Shown here one piece after another: positions 48,663 to 57,969 of a stretch of 64,000 nucleotides of DNA (the first letter of the stretch is position 1; each line of letters starts with the position of its first letter). The stretch lies in IMG/VR virus record IMGVR_UViG_3300018405_000012. One strand, written 5' to 3'. The DNA comes from an uncultured virus (IMG/VR IMGVR_UViG_3300018405_000012) (Duplodnaviria; Heunggongvirae; Uroviricota; Caudoviricetes). The notes below the pieces were generated by a model. That model searched no databases, had not been told where the DNA came from, and saw only the letters and a program-made list of their open reading frames with translations. The translations under genes were made by a program, and so were the position numbers.

Positions 48663-49679
48663 CTACCCGTTCGATTTAAGCTCAGCTTCTTCACGATCGT
48701 GACAAGTCAATAACTGATCGATAATGTCGTCCATGTCCTTGAGTAGATCATTGACCAGCAATGGGTTCTTCCACCAGTTGCTAACGATCTGACCTGGACG
48801 GTCACTGCACTCTAGGACATTGACCGTCAGCTGAAGCGATTCCAGATGAGAGTAATCGCGTTTAGTGGACAGCTGGACGATATAACCATTCCATTCCACC
48901 TCCGCATAGCCTGAATTCCGACGACCGTAGAGATTGTCATTCAACAAGGCGCGAAGTTTCACCACGGGGTGATCGACGTCGTCTGAGGAGACTCGCCCTG
49001 AAGCGAAGTAGTGAGTCATCAGTAAACACTTGCCTTCAGGGACGTCAATGTGCTCGGAACCTATCAGTTTACTATACACCGGAGCCCACAGTGCCTTACC
49101 GAGCATGTCTACATCGAGTGATACCCTGATCGGTTCGTGGAACAGAGGTCCTTCGACAAATGCTTCGGCACAGTCAAACGAAGGAAGGCGAGCCCTCACC
49201 ACACATCCCGCCCAAGTGATAAACGCCTCCATAGTTCCGATGTCAAGGGTCACGTGAGCGGTTCGAGTAGTGGCTGGGGTACTTTCGGTAGCGGGTTCTT
49301 CGATATGATCAAACGTGTATTTGATCGTACCTGCAGTCGACCGGCGGACATTCTTGGCATATTTCAAGATCTGCAGTAACGGCATGGGGGCCGTCTCGTT
49401 CCGCCGGTCAGGGTTTACCGATTTCAATACGCCTGAAGGAACTGCATGCGCCTGCCGGAACTGAAGTTCGTACAACTTAGCTGCCGGGGTTTTGCCGAAC
49501 AATAATTCCTCGCGCTGTGTCGTAATCAGGGTCTCGATCAGCAGATCGAGATCACTGGCCATTTGATGGAAGGGGCCTATGAGCTGAGGATAGGCTGAGA
49601 AGGCCTGGTTGTTATTGGTCAGGTTAGTGCGAGTCATTTGCAGTGCACTGATGACGTCAGCTTCGCTGGATGGTAGCAT
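48663..49679 (-). CDS. Hypothetical protein
   Basis: 338 aa with TAAGGA SD. Confidence 0.6.
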   Translation of the reverse strand: MLPSSEADVISALQMTRTNLTNNNQAFSAYPQLIGPFHQMASDLDLLIETLITTQREELLFGKTPAAKLYELQFRQAHAVPSGVLKSVNPDRRNETAPMPLLQILKYAKNVRRSTAGTIKYTFDHIEEPATESTPATTRTAHVTLDIGTMEAFITWAGCVVRARLPSFDCAEAFVEGPLFHEPIRVSLDVDMLGKALWAPVYSKLIGSEHIDVPEGKCLLMTHYFASGRVSSDDVDHPVVKLRALLNDNLYGRRNSGYAEVEWNGYIVQLSTKRDYSHLESLQLTVNVLECSDRPGQIVSNWWKNPLLVNDLLKDMDDIIDQLLTCHDREEAELKSNG

Positions 49680-49689
49680 GGTGGTGTCC

Positions 49690-50370
49690 TTATTTCACGG
49701 GTTGACGTTGATCTTCGGGCAGTAGCGTGATGGGGTGTTCTAACTCAAGGGTGATGATCAGGGCATGAATGCCACTGTCTGGCAGGATTGCCCTGTACAA
49801 GTTGTCTGTGGTCAGTATGCCACGACCACTGTTGATTACCACCAATTCGTTCATCTTCTTGATGAGGTGCTTGGGGAGCCGTTGGGTCATGACGTCGTCT
49901 TCAGCGATCTCGAAACCCATCCATTCAGGCGGATAGATGCCGCAGGGTTCCAACAGCGCCATGTCATCCAGCTGGATCAAACCGACTTCGAGCTGATAGC
50001 TGAATCGTTTACCTGTCGGCTCGGCACTGATCCGACCTATAGGCATGGCCCAATTATACACTGAGTACGCTAGGGAATGCTTTTGACCCGGCTGGTGCCT
50101 GACCACCACATGAGACCGTAGATCAAACGGTAGCACGACCCCCTGGTAAAGGTACTGCATGACCCTGAGCAGACGATGGATCTTAGGTGCATGGTATTCA
50201 CCAGAAGTCAGTTCACCAAAGGCAATATTCTGCAGTGCATCAAGTTGGAACGACGGGTCCATCAGCAGCGATTGTGGGCCGAGCTCGTAGCTCTTGACCA
50301 GGATGGCGTGGTTAGGATTGGGGCGGGATTGCTGCAGGTGTTGGGTAAAGTCAATGATGTTATCGGACAT
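49690..50370 (-). CDS. Hypothetical protein
   Basis: Start reassigned to MSDNIIDF (AGGA SD). Confidence 0.6.
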   Translation of the reverse strand: MSDNIIDFTQHLQQSRPNPNHAILVKSYELGPQSLLMDPSFQLDALQNIAFGELTSGEYHAPKIHRLLRVMQYLYQGVVLPFDLRSHVVVRHQPGQKHSLAYSVYNWAMPIGRISAEPTGKRFSYQLEVGLIQLDDMALLEPCGIYPPEWMGFEIAEDDVMTQRLPKHLIKKMNELVVINSGRGILTTDNLYRAILPDSGIHALIITLELEHPITLLPEDQRQPVK

Positions 50371-50458
50371 GGTCAGTTTCCTATGGATGGTCTGTAAAAA
50401 TAGGTGGGGTTGGTTTTCATTGACGCGCGGCATAAGGGGAGGGCCGAAGCCCTCCCAC

Positions 50459-52693
50459 TTAGTTCAGTGCTAGAACATACTTACTCATCACGCTGTTGTG
50501 GTGAACCACCTTCCAGTTGAAGTATTCTTTCTTATTGCGGCTGTACTTGGCGTGCTGCTCAATCTCGACACAGCTGAAGTAGATGAACTCAGGTGTGATG
50601 TCTGGCCAATCCTTAAGGGGACGGGTCCGACCCAGTACCTGCTCGTTCGACTGACGCGAGTCAATCGCTGTGCTCATGAACGTACAGCGCAGGTTCTTGA
50701 TGTCGATGGCGGTACCTGCCGAACCAATCGTGGAAACGGTGATATCCGCATCCAAGATGTCTTCGTACGAGTCACCCTCGGAGCCCACGTAGCGCACCAC
50801 GTCCAATTCCGGGTAGAGCTTCTTCAACCGCTCAACCATCAGTGTGCACATGTCCACCCGCGCAAAGAACACCAGCGCCTTCTGCCCTTCCTCACGATGC
50901 TGAACGAAGCGGTTATAAATCGCATGCTCGATGATCTTGAGGTAGTTTCTCAGCAGGCCTTTGTGGCGCATGATGGATTCTTCGTACGTGGTGTGCGAAT
51001 ACCCCTGCGCACCCATGTAACGAATCCGTACATCCTGATCCATCTGGTAGAGTACTTCTGTCACCCCGATGTAGACGTTGTAGCCACCACCGTCATGACG
51101 CTGCCTCAATGGGTAGGCAATGTCATAGACCTTGTTCTTGAACTTGTCCGAACTGGTCATGGTCGCCGACAGACCCAGCGATTTGGGTACGTGGGTATAC
51201 AGGTCTATCCGGTAGTTGTTGTGGAACTCCTGATGCAATTCGTCATTGATCCGGAAACCCACCTGCAACTTAGGGTAGAAGTCCATCGGTGCGATCGGGT
51301 ACACCTTGGAGTAGCCGTTGGACTCCTCATAGTCCTTGATGTAATCACGCATAGTGGCAGTGGTGATGATGATGACCTTGGCTTTCAGTGTGCCTTCCAG
51401 TGCCATGGTCTGAAGGGCAATCATGTCCTTACTGCCACGGACAATCAGGAACTCACCACGCTTGAAGTTGAACGTCTCTTCCAAGTCGTTCTTCCACCGC
51501 TCAACGTAACCCCCCTTGAAGTGGATGACGGTACGGGACTGAAGCTTGTTCATGCAGTACTGGGCAAGAAAGGTGTTGTGAGTGACAATGAAATCCTGAG
51601 CTACGTAAAGGGCTTCCGGATGATCGATGGTCAAACAGGTAGCATCTGTAATACGAGTCGCCTTAACCGACAAGACCTTAAGCCAAGATTTATCGAAGCT
51701 ATATCGTACCGCATTATGCTCCTCCAGTGACGCTTTACCGCCCAAACTTCTGATCGCCAGGATGGCATTGGCAGCGTGTTCAGGATCGGGCAAACGAAGC
51801 ACATCCCGGTCGGCACAGCGGGCAATTAGCCCTTCGACGTATTGATGTCGTTGATAAGCGGGTGACTCGAGCCATGTACTAAGTTGCTCGACGGGGGTAT
51901 CGGGTGCCAAAGCGCCAGCACTATATGGATCTTCCTCACGATCGATGCCGTCGCCCGCATCTGGTTCAGGTAGCGGAATATATACATCATATCCCCGTTC
52001 AATCAACTCCTTAATCGTAGCAGTGTCAAGGACAGTGTCATGACCGGCTGCCCTCACACCCCATAGATGATCCAGACAAACCTCAAGAAAACGACCATCT
52101 TCAAAGGTCACTGCAAAGACCTGGACGGCTTTCTGGGGGTGAATTTGTAAAACCTTGGTAGGTGTTCCATCTCGCGCAATAACGTCGTCACCAGGCCGTA
52201 TATCTCCGTTTAAACGCCATCCTCCAGGCACTCTAACCCATGAATCGTCACAGGCTCGCTTTCCCCCACCAGTTTGGAGGGTCACCATCTTGATGATCGG
52301 GTCCCATGCAGGGTTGTCAATGTCGAGGATGTATTCGATGATGCCGACCTGAATCGGTCGAGGGTCGTGCATCTTGCGGATATCAAACACCACCACCGGA
52401 TAGTCGCTACGGTCAACGGTGTGGTGGGTGATCTGGATCAGGCGCTCAACGTAACCCTGGCGTTTAAAGAGGAAGTCTTTCAACTCATCCAGTTGGTTAC
52501 GGTGGAAGCTGAATTCTTTACGGTTGCGGGTCGCGGCGGCGTACGTACGCATTGCCTTGGGGTAAAACTTCTTACCTTTCTTTTCAAAGCCAAATTCGAT
52601 CAGGGGCTTACAGAACGACAGCATGGCCTGCAGGTCTCGGTCTGTGGTTACATCCCTTACTTTGATCGCATGACTGTAAACGTCAATCTTCAT
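50459..52693 (-). CDS. SF2 (UvsW-like) helicase, phiKZ gp75-like, intein-containing
   Basis: Split Walker A TGGGK|T, DELH, LSAT, GTAIDI and QVLGRTR; start at MKIDVY. Confidence 0.9.
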   Translation of the reverse strand: MKIDVYSHAIKVRDVTTDRDLQAMLSFCKPLIEFGFEKKGKKFYPKAMRTYAAATRNRKEFSFHRNQLDELKDFLFKRQGYVERLIQITHHTVDRSDYPVVVFDIRKMHDPRPIQVGIIEYILDIDNPAWDPIIKMVTLQTGGGKRACDDSWVRVPGGWRLNGDIRPGDDVIARDGTPTKVLQIHPQKAVQVFAVTFEDGRFLEVCLDHLWGVRAAGHDTVLDTATIKELIERGYDVYIPLPEPDAGDGIDREEDPYSAGALAPDTPVEQLSTWLESPAYQRHQYVEGLIARCADRDVLRLPDPEHAANAILAIRSLGGKASLEEHNAVRYSFDKSWLKVLSVKATRITDATCLTIDHPEALYVAQDFIVTHNTFLAQYCMNKLQSRTVIHFKGGYVERWKNDLEETFNFKRGEFLIVRGSKDMIALQTMALEGTLKAKVIIITTATMRDYIKDYEESNGYSKVYPIAPMDFYPKLQVGFRINDELHQEFHNNYRIDLYTHVPKSLGLSATMTSSDKFKNKVYDIAYPLRQRHDGGGYNVYIGVTEVLYQMDQDVRIRYMGAQGYSHTTYEESIMRHKGLLRNYLKIIEHAIYNRFVQHREEGQKALVFFARVDMCTLMVERLKKLYPELDVVRYVGSEGDSYEDILDADITVSTIGSAGTAIDIKNLRCTFMSTAIDSRQSNEQVLGRTRPLKDWPDITPEFIYFSCVEIEQHAKYSRNKKEYFNWKVVHHNSVMSKYVLALN
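51575..52258 (-). mobile_element. Class 3 intein (228 aa) with degenerate endonuclease remnant
   Basis: Block A RACDDSWVRVPGGW, block B VCLDHLW, block F ATCLTIDHPEALYVA, block G IVTHN/T. Confidence 0.9.
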
Positions 52694-52833
52694 TGGGATC
52701 TCCCCTAAACGCATACGGTGCTTAATACATATCAAACCCTGATAAAATGATAAAAAACTAAATCCAAGGAAGTCCCAGGAGATCCATCAGGATCTCCTGA
52801 GGGCCTACTTGATGATGTGGATATCGTTCACGG

Positions 52834-53067
52834 TTACATCAGGACAGCTTCGAACGAAGCTGTACCGACTCCCGTTTCACCCGCAGCATAGGTAACGATG
52901 ACATCCTCGCCGACAACCTCGCAGGAGGCTTCCACGCCTTCGATGCGTACATCGCTGACTACGATGAGGGCTACCCCATTGGTATCGGTCTCAGTCTTCT
53001 CCTGGATGAGCTTACGGGCGTTAATGGTGCAGCTTTCTGTAACTTGTACGGTCATGTTCAGCGACAT
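52834..53067 (-). CDS. Hypothetical small beta-rich protein
   Basis: 77 aa with AAGGGA SD. Confidence 0.5.
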   Translation of the reverse strand: MSLNMTVQVTESCTINARKLIQEKTETDTNGVALIVVSDVRIEGVEASCEVVGEDVIVTYAAGETGVGTASFEAVLM

Positions 53068-53095
53068 GGCAAAGGTCCCTTTGGTAGGTGATTAA

Positions 53096-53123
53096 AGAGA
53101 GGAGGGCCGAAGCCCTCCTCTCT
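53096..53123. terminator. Hairpin terminator after the nvRNAP beta' gene
   Basis: AGAGAGGAGGGC-cgaa-GCCCTCCTCTCT. Confidence 0.7.
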
Positions 53124-53129
53124 ATCGGG

Positions 53130-55196
53130 TCAAATGACTTCCGGCAATGCAAACGGATCGAGCAGCCCGGCTGGGCGCTTGGTGATCAGATAGCTGTCCG
53201 GATCTTCGATGGTATCGGGCTGGCGCTCGTATGCAAACTGCTGACCACCAGAACGATACTGCATGAGGGTGCGGTGCTCCTCGAACTTGATGGGTTGATC
53301 GATACTCGGTAGGCGATAGTCGTCGGGGTCATCGGCAGGTCGCATGAGCGACAGCAAGATGACTTCCAGGTGACTGATGTGTACCCAGAGTTGGGAGTTC
53401 ACCAGATCACTGAAGTCCAACAGGGCTGCCACCGGATCGGTATAGCCTGTCAGCATACGACCGGAGAAACCATTGCGCTCGGATTTCTTTGCTGGTGACC
53501 GGATGAAGGCCTCGACTGCTGCCATGAAGTCCAGCGTACTGGCATGGCGACGTGGGAGGGAGAATGCTGGGGCTGCAAATTCCCACTCGGACAGGTCGAT
53601 GCAATAGTTACCGTCTTCGTCTACCGTGTAGCCGTGGTCTTGTACGTAATGCAACATGATCCGCGACAGTGAAGCCATGCGTGCACCCTGAGAAACAGGG
53701 ATGAACACACTCAAGGTCTCGTCGCGCAGGTTGGTAACCCGAAGCTGCACTTCCCGGAAGGATGTGAAGCGGTGGATGTTCAAGCGATCAACCACAGTGT
53801 CCTTGGTCACGGTAGCCAGGTTCACCGCATTGTCCATGCCCTTGTCCGGTGCCGCCGAAAGAACCAACACAGGCTTCATTGGCTTGATGCGGGGGTTGAA
53901 CTTCAGCAGCGAACTGTCTTTCGTCGACACTGGCAGTTCTTCACCACCGAGTAGGTGTTGCAGTTCCTCCTCCTCAGTTGGGTCTGACGCACACACGTCG
54001 ATATACGGCAGGTACTCCTCAGAGATGACGATCTCCTCCACCACTGACGAGCCGTCCAGGTGCTTGACCGACAGGGTTCGCTGAGAACCTTCTCGGCACA
54101 GCTCGGTGGCACAGACATGTCCCAGGGAAGTCCCACGGGGTACCGACCAGGCCAGTTCACCGAAACACACGTGACAGACTTCACCACGACCACGGTGACG
54201 ACAGAAGAAGGCCGAGCGGATCTTGATGGTTTTACCCACCAAGGCGGCTTTGTCACTAGCCGTGATTGGTTGTAGGCGATTGGTCTTCTCGTTCAGGTAG
54301 AACTTTCCATCGAGGTACGGGAAGATCACCGAGTCTACCGGAATCTCCGAATACATGTCGGAGCCGCAATCATCCCAGATTAGCTTGTCGACCACGGTGG
54401 TAGACAACTGCATCTTACGGTTGAAGTACTCGACGATCCGGAGGGGCTTTTTGGTGAACAGCAAGGCTTTCTTTGCCGAACACGACTCGATCATGATATC
54501 GTGCATGGTAGTCAGGCCTTCGAAGAACCCTACCGTGATCGGCTTGCGGAAGATCACCTGGTCAAGGTCGGTCAGATACCCCCGGCAGATCAGAATCTGC
54601 AGGAACTGACCCATCTTGATCTGACGGCTTCGCAGGCCACGGACAATCGGGTTATGTAGGATCGCCGGGTCCTTCATCAGGATCTCGGTAGCCGTGTCGT
54701 AGGCGTTGGTGATCGACAGTTGATTGGGACGGAGGGTCTTGCGCACCTCGGCAATCGCCGGGTAGTCGAACAGTTCCAACAGATGGAACGCGTTGATCGA
54801 TACCTGCCACTCTTCCAGCTCGATGGACAGGACGTTGTAAATCTCGTTACCGATGTCCTTGACGACCCGCCACGCTGCCTCACGGTCGTAGCACGCGTCG
54901 TGATCATCACCGACGTTGTTGAAGTAGGTGTAATGAAGATCCCGAACAATCAATGACAGTGTCTTAGGTACCATGTCGGCACTGGGGAAAGCATTCCCTA
55001 CATGGTGACAGATGTTCAAGGGGGTGCGTGGAAACTTGCGGTGCAGTTCCCAGCAGAACCAGCTGAGGACGGTCCGTCGGGTGTTGGTGACCAGAACACC
55101 GTCATCGAACTCAATTTCCAGCTTTTCATCTGGCATATCGCGAAATGTCTTCGGGATATCCAGGTGCATGAAATCCCTGGCTTTGATTTTGCGCAT
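53130..55196 (-). CDS. Non-virion RNA polymerase beta' C-terminal subunit (phiKZ gp74-like)
   Basis: Start MRKIKAR; RGYLTD, ESCSAKKALLF, EYFNRKMQL, DDCGS, VCHVCFGE and QRTLSVKH (trigger-loop-like). Confidence 0.9.
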   Translation of the reverse strand: MRKIKARDFMHLDIPKTFRDMPDEKLEIEFDDGVLVTNTRRTVLSWFCWELHRKFPRTPLNICHHVGNAFPSADMVPKTLSLIVRDLHYTYFNNVGDDHDACYDREAAWRVVKDIGNEIYNVLSIELEEWQVSINAFHLLELFDYPAIAEVRKTLRPNQLSITNAYDTATEILMKDPAILHNPIVRGLRSRQIKMGQFLQILICRGYLTDLDQVIFRKPITVGFFEGLTTMHDIMIESCSAKKALLFTKKPLRIVEYFNRKMQLSTTVVDKLIWDDCGSDMYSEIPVDSVIFPYLDGKFYLNEKTNRLQPITASDKAALVGKTIKIRSAFFCRHRGRGEVCHVCFGELAWSVPRGTSLGHVCATELCREGSQRTLSVKHLDGSSVVEEIVISEEYLPYIDVCASDPTEEEELQHLLGGEELPVSTKDSSLLKFNPRIKPMKPVLVLSAAPDKGMDNAVNLATVTKDTVVDRLNIHRFTSFREVQLRVTNLRDETLSVFIPVSQGARMASLSRIMLHYVQDHGYTVDEDGNYCIDLSEWEFAAPAFSLPRRHASTLDFMAAVEAFIRSPAKKSERNGFSGRMLTGYTDPVAALLDFSDLVNSQLWVHISHLEVILLSLMRPADDPDDYRLPSIDQPIKFEEHRTLMQYRSGGQQFAYERQPDTIEDPDSYLITKRPAGLLDPFALPEVI

Positions 55197-55272
55197 GCGA
55201 TACTTTCCTCGCCAAACTTGGGGTGATGACGGGGCTACGCGGCCCCGTCTATTGGGTGAGACAATAACCCAC

Positions 55273-57495
55273 TCAGGCGTTGGTGAACGACTTGCCGGAG
55301 CATTCGAACATGTGGCGCACGTATGCCAACGGACGATGTCCACCCACTGGCACTATAGTGCGGTCAAGGACTTCGTCGATGTTGGTGGGAGTGGGGTGTG
55401 TCAACAATCGACGCAAGACGAACTTGTGTGCGATGGGGTTGTTACTGGCATCGTAGTGATCCGCGATAGGTTCGCCTCCACAGACTGCTGCTGCCGAACG
55501 GAACTCGGACTCACCGACTCGGATCGATGACTGTCGACCGGGTGAATCGTACTTGTCGTTGTTGTTAAGGCGGGCGGTAGTGCCAAACACGTTACATTTG
55601 GAAGATGAGGCTGCCATCCAGGAATCCTCGGCAGTTTTCTCCAAGTTGATGTAATACGACGAGGCGATGAGCTTCGGTTCGCGAGATACCTTCATCTTAC
55701 CGTCACGGCCACGGAAACGGACCGGCGTGATAAAGGGAGGCCAACGGTCCTTGATCGTACGGATTACATCAGGGGTGCTCACCGGGTTGTCGGTGGGGTG
55801 AAACAGGTACAGGCCGTACATGTGATCCAACAGTACCGAGGCCACGTGATCGTACATGTGCTCCGGGTTCTTCTTAAGGAAAGCCGGATCGGTCATGTCT
55901 TCGTATTGGAACGGAACCACTACCTTGTAGAATTCCAACAGCTCCTGGTAAGCCACCTTGACCAGGTCACGGTTGTCAGGACTCATGACGGCATCCATGA
56001 CTTCATCTTCGGTCAACTGGATGTTCATGTCAAACCCGAAGGAGGCTTGAATGCGCTTGCCCAGGTCACGACCTGCTGCCGAGACCACCATCTCAATCGG
56101 GGATGCCGGGGTTACCCGGTTCCAACGGGAGTTGGGGTCTACCACGATGTCCGCCACGATGCCGTTCTCATCGACGGGCATGTCTTCATCGTCTACCACT
56201 TCAACGACTACCGATTTGTCGCCGTTGATGTCGGTGATCTTGTAACCCTTGTTCGGCACCGACAAGTACTTGAAGGTCACCTCAACCCGCCAGGCATCGA
56301 GCTTGACGCCCCGGTAGACTTTATCAACCTTACCCGGTTCCTCGCCACGACGGCCCAGACCTGCATCGGGACGGATGTAGTCAGGACCTACACGACCAAT
56401 GGCCTCATATACCAGACGATCAAACTGAGGCTCGAGGCGCAACTGAACACCGCGCTGACTGCAACGGCGCTTCAGGTCGACCCAGACGTCAATGATCTTC
56501 TTGTACCATTCGGTATCGGCGTTGTAGTACTTGAGCAGTTGGTCATCCATCCCGATAGGTAGCGGTGGGATGTTGATCGAGGTGTTGCGCTCAACCTTGA
56601 TGTCCACGACTTCGGCATCGACATGCTGGACAAAGCGTTTGCGGTCCATGATGTAGTCAGGTTGCTGAAGGGCTTCAACCGTCATGTTCGACACAGCGCT
56701 GATCGGATCGTACCGCCGCAACGAGACCAGCAGACCACTGGAGTCTACTTTCTCGCCAATGTCCGGCATGATCTTGTACACGCCCGGCTGGGAAGACTGA
56801 TTGATCGGGTAGTATTCGCGACCGAATTCGAAGACACGTGTCTCAAATCCTGTGGGAGCCAGTCGCTCGAGGTAACCCCGACGCACCTTCACGCCGTCTT
56901 CAGTCCCTGCCACGTCGGAATCCATTAAGACGTTGGTCTCGATCCCGTACGTGTAGTTTCCGAATTCATCGATCAGGGGTGACTGAGCCAGCTTGGTGCC
57001 CTTGGGGAAACGAGCGCCCTTACGGAGTTGGTCAAGATTATCCCGGTTACGCTTGTACTCCGTACCAAAGTGCTGGTGGGTGCAGTTGTAGTCGGTCAAC
57101 ATCAGTACACCGATCTCACCGGTACTGAAGTTCTCGTAAATCACTGCAGTCTGTGGGGAATGGCGGATGCGGTTGACACCGGCGGTGTGACCAAAGCGCG
57201 GGATGATCTCAAGGATCTCCACATCGTCTTTGAACTCGATGGAGAAGGTTGCATCCCCAAAGGCACGTTCCATGCCAGTCATGATGCGCTTACGCATCGG
57301 ATTCTTGATCACCACCATCTGAGCCAGGTTGCCGGTGAACATGGCGGCGCGGGATGCGGAGATGTGGCGGATGAATGGGTTGAGACCATAGAGCGACATG
57401 AGTTCCGGGCGCAACTCGACCGGGTTATCTGACGATAGGTTATGGTAGCGCTGGTTGATCTGCTCTACGGCAGAAGGAATAGTGGTGGCATCCAT
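55273..57495 (-). CDS. Non-virion RNA polymerase beta C-terminal subunit (phiKZ gp71-73-like, uninterrupted)
   Basis: LNPF...SASRAAM, TEDG, GYKITDINGDKSVV, DENG..ADI and RVGESE. Confidence 0.9.
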   Translation of the reverse strand: MDATTIPSAVEQINQRYHNLSSDNPVELRPELMSLYGLNPFIRHISASRAAMFTGNLAQMVVIKNPMRKRIMTGMERAFGDATFSIEFKDDVEILEIIPRFGHTAGVNRIRHSPQTAVIYENFSTGEIGVLMLTDYNCTHQHFGTEYKRNRDNLDQLRKGARFPKGTKLAQSPLIDEFGNYTYGIETNVLMDSDVAGTEDGVKVRRGYLERLAPTGFETRVFEFGREYYPINQSSQPGVYKIMPDIGEKVDSSGLLVSLRRYDPISAVSNMTVEALQQPDYIMDRKRFVQHVDAEVVDIKVERNTSINIPPLPIGMDDQLLKYYNADTEWYKKIIDVWVDLKRRCSQRGVQLRLEPQFDRLVYEAIGRVGPDYIRPDAGLGRRGEEPGKVDKVYRGVKLDAWRVEVTFKYLSVPNKGYKITDINGDKSVVVEVVDDEDMPVDENGIVADIVVDPNSRWNRVTPASPIEMVVSAAGRDLGKRIQASFGFDMNIQLTEDEVMDAVMSPDNRDLVKVAYQELLEFYKVVVPFQYEDMTDPAFLKKNPEHMYDHVASVLLDHMYGLYLFHPTDNPVSTPDVIRTIKDRWPPFITPVRFRGRDGKMKVSREPKLIASSYYINLEKTAEDSWMAASSSKCNVFGTTARLNNNDKYDSPGRQSSIRVGESEFRSAAAVCGGEPIADHYDASNNPIAHKFVLRRLLTHPTPTNIDEVLDRTIVPVGGHRPLAYVRHMFECSGKSFTNA

Positions 57496-57584
57496 CTGAA
57501 ACTCCCAAGATTATGGCCATTCGAGATATCTTAACTCGAATAGATAATGTGTAGCTACAGTGATTTCAAATTAGGAAGGACAAT

Positions 57585-57923
57585 ATGAGCAGTGCGTTAA
57601 ATCAATTGATGATCTCTGGCGGTAACGTCATGTACCACACTCCAGAATTTCTGGCGTACGTCCATAGTCACAAGGCTCTGTTGAAGGCCCAGTCCGTCAA
57701 AACACCACTTGATCCTGGCAAGGTGCATACTTTCGAATACAACTTTGTCTCCCTGCTGGTAGAACTGGGTTATCCGATGGAGAATCTGTTTTTCTTCATG
57801 GTTGTCAATGACATTGATTGTCCCACGCAGATGACTCGCGAGATGAAAGAATTGAAGTTACCAGACCTGGGCTTGATGGAGAATCTCAAATCCCTCTACA
57901 GGCAGGTTCCAGGCCGGCTCTGA
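57585..57923 (+). CDS. Conserved small protein divergent from the nvRNAP beta gene
   Basis: 112 aa with AGGAAGG SD; MVVNDI..P pattern resembles LysM/T4 gp53-like wedge proteins. Confidence 0.6.
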   Translation: MSSALNQLMISGGNVMYHTPEFLAYVHSHKALLKAQSVKTPLDPGKVHTFEYNFVSLLVELGYPMENLFFFMVVNDIDCPTQMTREMKELKLPDLGLMENLKSLYRQVPGRL

Positions 57924-57932
57924 ACAAAAGAA

Positions 57933-57956
57933 AGAGGAGGCCGCAAGGCCTCCTCT
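57933..57956. terminator. Hairpin between convergent genes
   Basis: AGAGGAGGCC-gcaa-GGCCTCCTCT. Confidence 0.7.
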
Positions 57957-57969
57957 CTATGTCGTTGGA

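Noticed and set aside
55273..57495. Group I intron/HNH as found in phiKZ gp71-73
   Set aside because: The reading frame is continuous here and no intervening sequence is visible.
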